Both the position numbers and the translations under genes were made by a program. A stretch of 63,112 nucleotides of DNA, counting the filler, from Choristocarpus tenellus KU-1152 (taxonomy: Eukaryota; Protista; Phaeophyceae): assembly GCA_964200185.2 (NCBI GenBank). It is 15 parts of 15 records of this genome, joined end to end, with 100 filler letters (N's around TTAATTAATTAA, not from the genome) between each part and the next. Parts side by side here need not be neighbours in the genome. Positions count along the whole stretch, not along the records: positions 21,578 to 26,780 come from CAXNAD020011518.1; positions 26,881 to 30,205 come from CAXNAD020020784.1; positions 30,306 to 32,948 come from CAXNAD020026020.1; positions 33,049 to 41,197 come from CAXNAD020005077.1; 11 more parts are not named here. One strand, given 5' to 3'. Positions within the stretch are counted from its first letter, which is position 1. Each line of letters opens with the position of its first letter. The notes beneath the pieces were generated by a model, which was not told the origin of the DNA, ran no database searches, and worked only from the letters and a program-made list of their open reading frames with translations. Below are positions 23,197 through 35,150 of the stretch, piece by piece.

Positions 23197-26100
23197 TGAC
23201 CACCAAAAAACTCAGTGAAGCTTCCATGAAGATGGCTTAGTGTGGAATTGAAGTAACTGAATACATCTAAGAAATCGAGAATACAAGGGTGAAAGGGAGA
23301 ACAGTCATTGCCCGATTGCTCAGGGATATGTAGGTGCCAACAACGCGCGCATACTTCCGTGTTCGTCTCCAACTGAAGTGTTTGCACGCATTCTCATTTC
23401 GACCAACAACAACAAGCAGATATCTCCAATTGCAAATCCCAACACACTGAAGAAGGGAAATGGAACATACCTTCAACTGCTCAGGTGTGTATCATAGTCA
23501 TTCCAAAATTCTTCACTTTGAATTCATAAATCTCGGTACTTGTGCTCTCACAACCCTTGTTTTCCGCACATGATACAAGGACTCGTCATTTTTCTTGCCG
23601 ATAACTGGTGCTTGTCTAAATTCTGGCTAGGACTCCTGGCAGTGTTTTGGCAGCTTCGATTTCCCTCCCGTTCAACATTATGGAACAACACCAGCTTTAT
23701 TGAGTCGTAGATTGGAAAACTTTCTTTGATGGTGATTTATGTAGAACGGTAGAGAGTTGAACCTTTCTCCCCGATCCTATGCCTGGATGTTTTGTTATTC
23801 CTTCTCTCTTCATCATACTTGGAAGTATATATGTTTCCCCTACGTAGCATACGAAATATTCTACGGCCTGACTTGTTTCCTTTTTGTCAAGTCATATCTC
23901 CCATTCCTCAGTCTCGAATGACTTTGCAGGGCATCATTAATGAGGCAGTAGAGTAGAAAAACATGACAGTTAGAGACCTTTATCAGGTGTCAATTTACCT
24001 CAAGTCTTGTACATATGAAGAGAGCAGAGAGGAAAAATGTATTCGAAGAACAAAGGGCTCGTATCATTTAACTGCACAACCAGAGTCAGACAGTATATCG
24101 CTTTCAAACCAAAGGTTCCCATCAAGTCCTATACACCATAGCTGCAGCAGGACCCAGTTGTACAACACCATGCCTCTGTACATGCCCCAAGTGCTCTCAT
24201 CTGTTTTTCCTAGTGGTAGTGATAAGTACATGTTCCAGTCACCGTTTATCCAAAATGCGCAGGTAAACTAGAGAACCAGACTTGCTGTTCCACCACAACA
24301 AAAACACATACATACTAGAATAAGGTCATACCTACCTTTGATCGCTCTTGTGGGCATAAACAGAAAAGTAAGCAATTTGATATCTTTAAACCATATGAAT
24401 ATTGTATGTGCTTCAGGACCAACTATGTTAGGTGCAGTGGTTTTATGTTTCTTATCTATTTCAAACCTCGTTTTGGGAAATATATGTGGAAAAGAGGTTG
24501 TAACTACCAAATCATGGCTCCAATGTCTCTCAAAGATTGCGATGCCTGAGGTCTTACCCCTAAGCGTGTAGAGAATGTTGTCCTCTGATCGTTCTATATA
24601 CGCAGCAAATCTTGCCTTAGAATATCGTACTTGGTTCGGACTGTGGTAAGATCTTCTTTTGTCTCATCAGACAACTAGTACTAGGTAGTACCAAGAGGTA
24701 GACCACAATTATATCCCCAGTAGACAACCCACACGGTGGAAAATACAAGCTTGGCATAAGGTTAGAAGGGTAGATACGGAGTACTACATGAAGAGTACGG
24801 AATTATACTACTTCAACGTGTTTTGCTGCCAGCAAGATCAACACCAATATTTCACCAAACTTGGCCTATAATCTTGTTAAACACCAGGTCTAGACTCTTT
24901 GATCTGTGTTTTGGTTTCATGACAGCCACAATAGAAGAAAAGGGAAAAGGGCAAGTATGACTCTGATAGCCTTGGGTCCATTGCGGATGCAAGAGTTGCC
25001 AACTCCGATTTGGTGGAGGCTCTCTCCAAGGGAGATAGAGTAGTGCTGCACGAGTTATGGATACTTTTGAACCTTAAACACAGTCAGGTCAGTGGGTCCT
25101 TGCCGCTTGGAAGAAGATGAGGCTAGGAGTGTCGACGGGCAGCTGCAATGTACAGCCCTGTAGCACCTGATGGGGTTGCTGCTCTGGTATGTCAATCTCT
25201 TTTGCGCTAATAGAAGAGAGTCACAAACATCAGCGAAGCAGTGCATGCCCCTTCTGGCAGTATGATCCTCGATGATGAAGAACACCTTCAGAACCTTTAG
25301 AAAATGAACCTTGTAAGGATGCACCTGGTGTGTTTGCCTCCCACCGCATGCATATTTATAACGGTGATAGGCGCAGTTTGATAATCATTCTTGCATTGGT
25401 GTAATCTGTGAGCCGAGATCGATTGAAGACAAAAAGCTGGTTAGCTGATAGAAGTTGTCCAGTGACATTAGTTTTACTCAAAAACAAGAACAAAATTCTG
25501 GTGTTGTGAATTGTCGCTATTGGTTCATATATTTATTGACACATATTGGTACAATGCATGATGCAATGATAAAGCTCAATCATTTGGGAGGTGTTGTCAT
25601 GGAAAAAATGCAGCATACAACATGTTCTAACCTGAGGTCAAAAGGCAAATACAATAAGAGAACAAACAAAGACAGAAAAATAATTGGATTATAAAAAAAA
25701 AGCAGAATACAGAATGCAACAATGGAAAAATATGCAGATGAGAGAGGTCTTCAATAGCACAAATAAACAAATATATAAATGCAAGCGCAAATACTTCGGC
25801 GTAGAAAATAGAAGAGTAAATGGAAGAAACGAAACAAAGCAATAACCTGATAAAAATAGAGAACACCCCCAATCAAAAGAGAGGCTTTCTCATTATTTTA
25901 TATTTATCAAAGCATCACATTTGTTGGAGGGATCCCCGACCAGTGGTCGATAAAGTACTTCACACACTGGTTGAGAAAAGGCAAGATCCATAATGGACAC
26001 TAGAAAATGTAACACACAAATGGAAAATGGGAGAAACGAAAGGAAGAACAGAACCTACAGGAAGAAGGAATCATAACCCACAATTATAGGGAGAAGACAT

Positions 26101-26679
26101 AAAGAGTATGAACAGTGGTTGCAAGAGAAGAAGCCCAAAAAGAAAGCTCGTGTTTGAATTGCAATTCGGCATATCTGCTTCTTGTTGTTGGCTGGAAATG
26201 AGAATGCGTGCAAACACTTAAGTTTGAGACGAACAAGGAATTATTTGTGCATCATCGGCGCCTGGATATCCCTGAGCACCCGAGCAATGACTGTTCTCTC
26301 TTTAACCCTTGTATTCTCGATTTCTTGGATGAGTCAAAGTATCTTAGAGGACAGATCCGCGTCCATTTGGGAGGCAAAATCCAATGTTGCGATTTTGATG
26401 TAATTTTGATGTAATTTTGATTATCATGTTTGTTAGTAAGTGTCAATATCCTTGTTCCGGACATATACATGATACCTATTCCAAAACGATACATTTTACT
26501 TACTCTGAAATATTTCAGACTAGGACAATGTCACAAAAAAACGTGGGAAGCCAAGCCCCAAATGGAAAAACAGGGCAAGATTCCTACCCTCTAACATACT
26601 TTCATGGAGATGCATTCAGTTTCTTAAATCCCACACTCAGTCATCTTCATAGAAGCTTCACTGAGATTTTTGGTGGTCA
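23197..26679. mobile_element. Candidate decayed DNA transposon with about 250-bp terminal inverted repeats
   Basis: 23197-23445 is the reverse complement of 26150-26330 plus 26608-26679 (roughly 80% by eye). The interior is stop-ridden, with a SWIM-like YTI...CTCPKCSH fragment near 24130-24200. Confidence 0.5.
26331..26607. mobile_element. MITE family B inserted in the right inverted-repeat arm
   Basis: GAGTCAAAGTATCTTAGAGG...CCCTCTAACATACTTTCA with flanks GGAT/AGAT. The empty site is visible in the left arm. Confidence 0.9.
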
Positions 26680-26880
26680 TATGCAAAAGAGGACAATAGT
26701 GAAGTGTACCTTATCTTGTGTATATGAGATTATTGTGTTGAATTGAATCTATGTGATGTAACTAATGAGATAGTACAACANNNNNNNNNNNNNNNNNNNN
26801 NNNNNNNNNNNNNNNNNNNNNNNNTTAATTAATTAANNNNNNNNNNNNNNNNNNNNNNNNNNNNNNNNNNNNNNNNNNNN

Positions 26881-26899
26881 CCCCCAGATACTTTGACCC
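26881..26899. mobile_element. MITE TIR remnant at contig start
   Basis: CCCCCAGATACTTTGACCC. Confidence 0.7.
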
Positions 26900-27268
26900 A
26901 CAACCCCTCTGATCAACGTTCCCCAAACCCTGGAAGTTTGTAAGGCGATAAAGGACCTCGTGTTGCAAGGCGTGGAAAAGGGTTATCTATTCTTCGACAG
27001 TGAGATGCTCCAAGGGTGTTACTCTAAACGCCAGCGACGAACACGAAGGCAAGCTACCAAAGCATTGTACAACATACAACTATATCTACATCACAAACCT
27101 ATGCCCTCTTCAAAAGTGTCTCGTCTCTCCTTCAGTTCCCAACCCTGGACACTCTTACGCACACAGATTACTATTGCGCACCCTTCTCCACTTTTCACCT
27201 GTGACACCGACATCGCGTGCCTAAGCCCAAGCATAGAAATTTGACATCCAAGTCACACCTCACCATTT

Positions 27269-27847
27269 CAGACCAGCCATCCTACAAATCTATTTGGGTC
27301 CCATTATCGATGTCCAATAACTTTGTACCTTTGGATTACATCCACTACAACAGTGCACTTGAATACCCGCTCCTAACAAAATTAGGACATGTACCAGAAA
27401 GCTATGAGCATGCCATTTTGGGTCCGTATCACACTGTAGACTCAGCCTTTTTTTTTTAGCACAAGGATCCCATCATACACGAAAAAAATAGAGGAATCCT
27501 TAGATAATCGCAACGAAGTGTTTGCCACGGATCCTGGATTGTACTCTAACGCCTAACAGACCAGTCATCCTACAGATCTATTTTGGGTCCCCATTATCGA
27601 TGTCCAGTAACTTTGTACCTTTGCATTACGTCCACTACAACAGTGCGCTTGAATATCCAATCCTAACAAAACTAGGACATGTACTAGAAAGCTATGAGCA
27701 CGCCATTTTGGGTCCGTGTCACACTTTGTAGACTCAGCCTTTTTTGTGCTCGAGGATCCCGTCATACACGAAAAAAATAGAGGAATCCCTTAGATAATCG
27801 CAACGAAGTGTCTGCCACGGATCCTGGATTGTCCTCTAACTCCTAAC
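27269..27847. repeat. Direct tandem duplication, about 289 bp x 2, upstream of the copia gag relic
   Basis: CAGACCAG.CATCCTACA...GCCACGGATCCTGGATTGT.CTCTAAC occurs twice at high identity. Confidence 0.92.
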
Positions 27848-27858
27848 CCCTTCTACTA

Positions 27859-30150
27859 TTGCTGTCCGCTAAACCTCCTGTCGCAGAGGTCACAAAAGAA
27901 ACAACCATCACGGTCACGCCATTTGGGAACGTTCAGGTCGTTCATGACCTAGACGAGCTCAGTGACAAGACACGTGTGGACCATGAAAACGCGGTTGCTA
28001 ACCTACAAACCCAGCGTGGAGGCAATGTTATTACGTGCACCGTCCTGGGCAATAATCGTGACCTGGATCGACTCCAACTCCTGGTCAATAATCTCTCCAA
28101 GCTGTGAAATCTTGCACTCTCAAATAGCGCTGAAGGCCGGTCTGGTACTGGTTTTTCGTCACCTTCTGACGAGGATGATGATACAGGCGTGGGGGAAGTG
28201 CCAATCGCACCATCAGGGTCTATCCCTGATGGGAATGTTTCTGGAAGATACACAATCATCGATGCGGTTAGTACAAGCGGGGAGGAGTCTGTCCACGCTG
28301 CCCCAACAGGTGCAAGAGACATGGATGACGACTTTGGAGGGGGGGGGGTGAAAGCTCCATCCGTTCTTCAACGACTGATCTTTCCAGTAAGAGGAAATTA
28401 GACGGACGGTTCTTCTTCTCGCAGAGACGGCCCTTCGGCCAAGAAAGCAAAAGGTAGCAAGACCTCGACCTCTGTCGACAAGAAGAAGAACAACAACAAG
28501 GACAAGACTAAGAAGAAGAAGAAGAAGAAGAGAAAGAAGAAGAAGTCGGCAGTGGTCATTGAAGGGGTCAGACCTGTGGAGAAGCCTGGTGGTGGAAGTG
28601 ACAGGCTTGAAGGACCGCCGAGTTGCGGGGATGAGTCTCTCCACTCCGCACTTACAGATGGATGGGACAAGGATGACGCCAGTGGGGGGGGGGGAGCGGA
28701 AGCTCCGCCCATGCTACACCAACTACTGTGACAACAAAGAGGAAATCAGGTTCTTCTCGCAGAGACGGGCCTTCTTCTAAGAAAGAAAACGTTGGCAAGA
28801 CCTTGACCTCTGCCAACAAGAATAAGAAGAAGTCCGCAGTAGTCCTTGAAGGGGTGACACCTGTCGAGAAAAAGCTTTGTGGAAAGAAAGAACAGGCAGG
28901 ACATACAGCCAACTTCTTTCCTGACCAACATTTTTGCTTCTGCTCGCCCGAGGGTCAAGGCTAACCCAGCCTTGACGGACAATCCTGCGGATCAGAGAGA
29001 TCCACCTGTGTCTAACCCATCATTTCATCAAGTCTACACGAGGAGATGTGATTCAAGAATTGCAGGAACCTGTTCCTTCCGAGGGCCCATCTGTCCAAGA
29101 ATTCAGACAGCTTATGGCGACGTTAGCGGAGTTGTCAAGAAATGTTGGCAATCTCATGGTTCAGTCTGAAAGATTCGGCGACGGAAATCATCCCGCCGTC
29201 CAGGCCGCTGTGCCCAGCACACGGTCTCCGGCTGGGGACGTACCAGTCGAAGTGGGTCCTATGGAACCCATGTTGAGGGAAAATTTCCCAGAGAGGGGAA
29301 ACAGTTTGGATGCTAGGAGCATCAGAAGTGGGGCGAGCCGGAGGTCCGGTTCTTCGGAGAGCTTGGAGACAGGCGCACATATTGTTCGTCCTACGACAAA
29401 GAGATCAAGAACCCAACCACTGAAACTATTGGACGACTCGGACTACCGGGACTGGCAGAGGTGTTTCATCGTGCATTGCAGATATACCCACTGCTCGGGT
29501 GCGTTGACAAGTGAAAGACCAGTCAATCAAGAACGCTCCTACACTTCTCTCGGACGGCTTCAGTACGAATGATATCTGGATGGGCGAGGAGGTCTACCAT
29601 GCACTTACTGTTGCTCTCGTTGCACCCACCACCAGGGCACTATGCTATACACACCAAAGCCCGAGCGAGCTTTTCCGAGCAATAGATGATTGGTTCGTGC
29701 CTAATACAGTGGGTAATAGCCAACATTTATTCCGTGGGTTTTTCACTTCAAAGGTGTAGAAGGGGTCGAATCCGATCCTGACTCTAAACCACCTGGAAGA
29801 GCTACGGGGGAGGATGCTATCAATGGACCTGGTGATCTCGGATAAGCTGCTGCTCCTACAGTTCCTGAGTACTCTCGGATCAGATTACAATACTGAGATA
29901 CGCATCATGGCCTCGCATAGAACACTATGTCGAGCAGACGTAGAGAAAACTGCTAGAGAGCGATATGCTTCCCTTTATCAGGGGAAGGACTCCAGACACA
30001 AGAACAGCCATGCCTTGGTTGTTAACAGCTCATCGCAAGGGAAGAGTCAGTCTCATCCAAACGCCCAAGGTCGCGGCCCCGAACGTAAATTTAATGGTGG
30101 AAGAAAGAACAATACTTCTAATTCCAACCCAAAACGACCCAAGAAGATTA
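27859..30150 (+). mobile_element. Ty1/copia gag relic with a long low-complexity N-terminal extension
   Basis: DYRDWQRCF, SPSELFRAIDDWF and DKLLLLQFLSTLGSDYNTEIRIM are typical copia gag (UBN2-like) features, broken by frameshifts and stops. An upstream acidic/Lys-rich segment is internally duplicated (28408-28585 vs 28749-28875). Confidence 0.75.
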
Positions 30151-31696
30151 TGTTAAAACATAGGCTACTCATTTGTTTCCTGTTGATATGGTACACATTA
30201 CTACCNNNNNNNNNNNNNNNNNNNNNNNNNNNNNNNNNNNNNNNNNNNNTTAATTAATTAANNNNNNNNNNNNNNNNNNNNNNNNNNNNNNNNNNNNNNN
30301 NNNNNGATGCGCGGAAATCGAGCCTATCGGGGTTTTCTTATATACACGCTACAGTGGCGACCGTGCATCTCTACATTTTTCCTAACCGCGCGACAGGATA
30401 GCCAGTCACGTTATGCATCATGAGTGTCCACACACAAAAAAGCGAGGATAACCCACCAACCGCATTCCTCCCTCAACTCTCCTGCGCAACACAGATCGTG
30501 CATTTGCATACACCATATGGCCACTGACCTCCAGGTTCAGTGCCTAAGACAGAACTGGAAGAGAGTACATGGAATAATGAGCTTTTGAGACGATGGACAA
30601 CGCGCTTGCGCATGCACATGCGAATTCTGCGGCAAAGGCAAAGGATGCGGGTCTAAAGAAGTGTAGACCGCACTCGAAAGTGGTGCTCATTTAATGGCCT
30701 TCCTCTTGTAAGCTTATCTTCCAAACTAAATTCCTTTTGATGTGGCGAATGTGTTATTGCCCCACGAGCTGCAATATGGTTATCCAACATAATGAGACCA
30801 CACACTAAAGATACATACACCAACGTACATCACACACACTCAAACCGTTTCACTACGCGTGCTCTACGTATGTATGTCTACTGCAGTCAAAACCATACTC
30901 CAATAGTGACGTTCCATCCGCTGCCCAAACATCCGCACCACACTGACAACAAAACCTGCTCATCATATGGACTAATCTAAACAAAATAGATGCGACAGGA
31001 CCATGCTGGAACCCCTCAGCGAACCGTCCTCTAGCGGTTCCTTGGGCGGTTTCAAAACATCATGTGTCGACAGTACATGTCACCTGTGCAACTGGAAATC
31101 TCATCCCATGTGGAAGTGCCCTTGTATGCTGGACGCTCACAACACCCGTGTCACATGGAACGAGTTCGTCCACGCGTACACCCCGGTGGTAGAGGCGGAT
31201 CTGCAACAAGACTTGCCAGGAATTAAAGGTGGGCCTTACCCAAACACTCAACAACTGACCAAGTCTTGAAGACGAACCTGTCCGGTCCCACCCTCACGTC
31301 GGGTACAGGGCCGACCCAGCAACCTGCGCAATGTGTCGACCAGATCCAGGTGTATAAACACATTCATACACCCCAGTACACACCCATGCTCCGATAAAGC
31401 TATATACATATGTGTGTATCCCACCTACACTGTCACACAGGCGCTGTCATCTAGACTTGGCATCGCCACCCCAAGCGGGACCACTAAAGACGACATGATC
31501 AAGTTGATCACCGAGAAATATGCGGAGCTGAGGGTGGACAATCTCATGACGGATGATTTGATTATCGCTAAATGCATGGTGGGAGAGTTCGCCCCCAATA
31601 TCAGGAGGAACAGGACCGAGGATAATGATGACGACGAAGACGCCACAGGGCAAACAGACAAACACAGTCGGAGGCGAAAGGTGACAGCGACATTTT

Positions 31697-31953
31697 GAGT
31701 CAAAGTATCTTAGAGGGTAGAGCCGCGTCCATTTGGGGGCCAAAATCCAACGTTGCGATTTCAATGTAATTTTGACAATCGTATTTGTTAGGAAATGTCA
31801 ATATCATTGTTCTGGTCACACCTTTTAAAACGTGTACATTTTGCCAACTGAGAAATCTTTGGAGTAGGTGAAAGATCATACACACCTCGAGGGAAGCCAA
31901 GCCCCAAATGGACAGACAGGGCAAAACTCGTACCCTCTGAGATACTTTCACTC
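31697..31953. mobile_element. MITE family B, full length (257 bp), in a putative transposase intron
   Basis: GAGTCAAAGTATCTTAGAGGGTA...TACCCTCTGAGATACTTTCACTC; flanks TTTT/TTTC. Confidence 0.92.
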
Positions 31954-32165
31954 TTTCATTCCAATAATAATAGTTATGTGCTGTACATTTGCATAAATAC
32001 ATGTCTCACATACGGCGTATTCGTCAAACAACAAGCACATACTCCCTCACACAGCACCGTACATAACCGGCTACACCAGGTAACTCGCCCCGAATCACCA
32101 TGACCTACGACCACCACCAGCAACAACTCCCGATGATACGCGACCACTTCGCCCATTCCATGCAG

Positions 32166-32884
32166 GTGCTGTTCCCAAGGACGGAGGGATTCTCCACACT
32201 CCTAAAATACATATTTGCAAACTTCGAGAAATGCTTCTTCCTTCATCACAATACCACCATTTGGCAGGCGCAACAATACAAGCACTGCAAAGCCCGCCTC
32301 CCCAAAGGTCATGCCGCCACGACCATGGACTTCAGCGCCCACCTGCAACACAACCACCAGGATTTGACACAACAAGAATTCTTCAACCTATTCCTTACGG
32401 CGCTTCTAACCATTGTCTGGTGGTTGACGGATTTCAGAGAAGAGAGTAATCTCGGGAATGGAAGGGCTTGGGCTCACAGTATGATGGTGTGCAGTGAAGA
32501 CCGAAGCCAGGACAACGAGTTCGTCCAGAACGCCGTGGAGAAGCTTGTCAAGGACCGCCTAATACCTCTGGCCAGTGAGTACGGTCAGACTCTAGAGGTC
32601 CTGCACATCTGGTCTGATGGCTGCAGGAGCCAGTTCAAGAACAGATGGCAGATGTGGTGGGTTTCACAGTCCCTAGCGCGGATGGGAATTTCCGTGGTAC
32701 ACAACTTCTTTGCCTTGTGCCACGGGAAGTCCTTGTCTGATGGAGTCGGGGCTGTGGTGAAGTCTGCCGCCAGGAGACTGGATCTACACGGAGTGTGCAT
32801 GCCGGGAACCTCATCTCTAGTGAGGACTATCAAGGCAACCAAAACTCAATACACCTTGAGGGATCCGACACCAGAGGAAGAGGG
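32166..32884 (+). CDS. Sola2-type transposase catalytic (DDD) exon, interrupted at its 3' side by a MITE and the contig end
   Basis: HH....WQ..QY..CK..L, MDFSAH, IWSDGCRSQFKN and HNFFALCHGKSLSDGVGAVVK match Sola2 motifs DF[SA]ENY, SDG...Q[FY]KN and HGKG..DG.GG..K. Acceptor TGCAG| at 32165. Confidence 0.85.
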
Positions 32885-32948
32885 GGCTCAATGTATCTGT
32901 GAGGGGGTGGCGACTGTCCATTTGGGGTCATTTTTTTCATTTTGCAAT
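32885..32948. mobile_element. MITE family A end inside the transposase ORF
   Basis: GGCTCAATGTATCTGTGAGGGGGTGGCGACTGTCCATTTGGGGTC. Confidence 0.85.
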
Positions 32949-33206
32949 NNNNNNNNNNNNNNNNNNNNNNNNNNNNNNNNNNNNNNNNNNNNTTAATTAA
33001 TTAANNNNNNNNNNNNNNNNNNNNNNNNNNNNNNNNNNNNNNNNNNNNACAACGACAGCAGCAAGGGACTCCCTTCCCCCCCCCCAGAGCCCCATTCCCC
33101 GCGCACCTCTGCAAACCTAGAGACACGACACAACACTGAAACTCAGTTCAAAACATACAGACAGACAGACACACACACATTGTGATATTAAGTAAACAGC
33201 AGTCAC

Positions 33207-33376
33207 CTCGGCACGCCTGCAACGGTGGATGCAATGGCGGCTGTCCCTGAAGATCGTGTGTTGGATGTGATGCGTGCCAAGTATGTCATGATGATCTTGG
33301 TGGCCTCCGTCTTCCCGGCACCGCTCTCACCACTGATAATGATGGACTGGTTGCTCACCTTGCTACCCTCCCGCAC
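33207..33376 (-). CDS. Myosin motor domain exon (P-loop); fifth exon seen
   Basis: [27 protein letters not shown]. The acceptor lies in atypical A-rich sequence, so the 5' boundary is less certain. Confidence 0.93.
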
Positions 33377-33653
33377 CTTTATTTATTTTTATATTTAAAA
33401 AATATATATATTCATATATATTTAATCAAATATAAAATTCCCCCATTGATCATCAAACGAGAGGAGGAGAAAAAAACAAAATAATAATCAGATCAACCGT
33501 GAAAAGAGAAGGGAGAGAGAGACACGCCTGGTGTAGCCTTTTGGTAAAATGCTTCCTCGAAAGAAGTAAAATAAATTCATGTTTTGTTTTGTTTTGTTTT
33601 CTACGAGAAGAATCGGTAAAGATTTTTTTTTTTTCATCATGTTGATTGTACAT

Positions 33654-33801
33654 CAACTGTAAATACAAATGACATGTAAGTTCTTGTTCTACACAAACAA
33701 TAAACAATACATTCTTATTATTTACACGAAACTGCAAATACAAATGACATGTAAGTTCTTGTTCTACACAAACAATAAACAATACATTCTTGTTATTTAC
33801 A
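33654..33801. repeat. 75-bp tandem duplication in a myosin intron
   Basis: AACTG.AAATACAAATGACATGTAAGTTCTTGTTCTACACAAAC... occurs twice. Confidence 0.9.
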
Positions 33802-34748
33802 TGAAGAAAATAAATTCCCGAGGAAACCAAGCACAACTCCTCGGGTACCCTCTAAAAGGAGTTGTACATGAAGTCTGAAAACGACCTGTACACACTAAAA
33901 GGAAGGTGCACTACTATATTACAGACATAGTTCGTGAAGAGAAAAAAAAGAAATATAGCACAGTTCGTGCAGGCACACTAAAAATATATATATATATATA
34001 TGAGCATCGTGTAAAAAAATAAAAGATTGAGGGGATACACGTAAGAAAACTGCTATGCTCTTACTTCAAAACGTGCATATCATGACTCCTTTTTATTATC
34101 ATAAAAATATATACATCAAAAAACAAAAAGACTGTCAACAGGATGTCGCACATTCTACTCTTACGATAGAGCCAGTACTAAGCCTACGTACACGTACTTG
34201 CTCTGCGACACCCCCTAGGGGCTACTCTCCACTGATCTTGTCAATATCGATATTATTACAGTTAGTACTGCTTTAATTATTATTATTATTGTATATATTA
34301 CATCTATTGTTATTGCATACATTATTATTAGATCTATTATTATTCTATTTATTATTATTACATTTTATTATATTACTATATTTAGTACCACTGTCACTCA
34401 CACTCACATCGACTTAGTTAAGTTCTTGACAGTACAGCCCTAACGCTCAAGAGAACTCACTACCTTCCACACCAATCCTTCTAGACATAGGATGCAGATA
34501 TCGCCACCTCCTACTGTAATGTGCTTCCAAAGAACCACCACAACACTCACCCCCAAGATACACCACCGATGCTCTCGGAACAACGTGCCACTTCTCTTGT
34601 CACTATCACTGTTGCATTTCAAAGCACAAACAAAGTTCACCTTACGTGTGATGGATGGCGGTATTGTTGTAGAAAAAAAAAAAAGATGCAAAAACTGCCC
34701 CGGTGTTTCCAGTTTTGATCCATCGCTACGACAACCACACTGTGATTT

Positions 34749-34873
34749 CCATCAATTGTACTATTCATTCAAACCACCCACCCCACTTACCATCAATTGT
34801 ACTATTCATTCAAACCACCCACCCCACTTACCATCAATTGTACTATTCATTCAAACCACCCACCCCACTTACC
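34749..34873. repeat. Tandem repeat, about 41 bp x 3
   Basis: CCATCAATTGTACTATTCATTCAAACCACCCACCCCACTTA. Confidence 0.9.
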
Positions 34874-34960
34874 CCAGCAGGCACCACCGCAGCATCCACT
34901 TCAAATATCCAAATCTTCATCACCCTTCTCCTCTACCGCTTCGAACGTTGCAACACAGGG

Positions 34961-35150
34961 TTACTATTACTATTACTATTACTATTATTATTACTATTAC
35001 TATTATTATTACTATTACTATTATTATTACTATTACTATTATTATTACTATTACTATTACTATTATTATTACTATTACTATTACTACTACTATTACTATT
35101 ACTATTAATACTACTACTACTATTACTATTACTATTACTATTACTACTAT
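34961..35150. repeat. (TAT/TAC)n microsatellite
   Basis: Seen directly; it explains the poly-Y, poly-L and IT ORFs. Confidence 0.97.

Larger units (their letters stand above)
30306..32884 (+). mobile_element. Sola2-type DNA transposon: intron-containing transposase gene, partly degenerate
   Basis: Upstream Cys-rich fragments (ACTCEFC, CVDSTCHLC..VTWNEF), AG/GT-bounded segments such as 31441-31680, and the catalytic exon listed separately. Stops/frameshift in the 5' part. Confidence 0.75.

Noticed and set aside
23450-26150. Fanzor/TnpB cargo within the inverted-repeat element
   Set aside because: No RuvC-type motifs in the frames I translated; the sequence is too degenerate to support the call.
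26182-26746. Short ORFs recurring in several contigs (e.g. 1906-2253, 6559-6831, 57032-57226, 58988-59296) as a gene family
   Set aside because: They are chance translations of MITE family B copies, with inconsistent frames.
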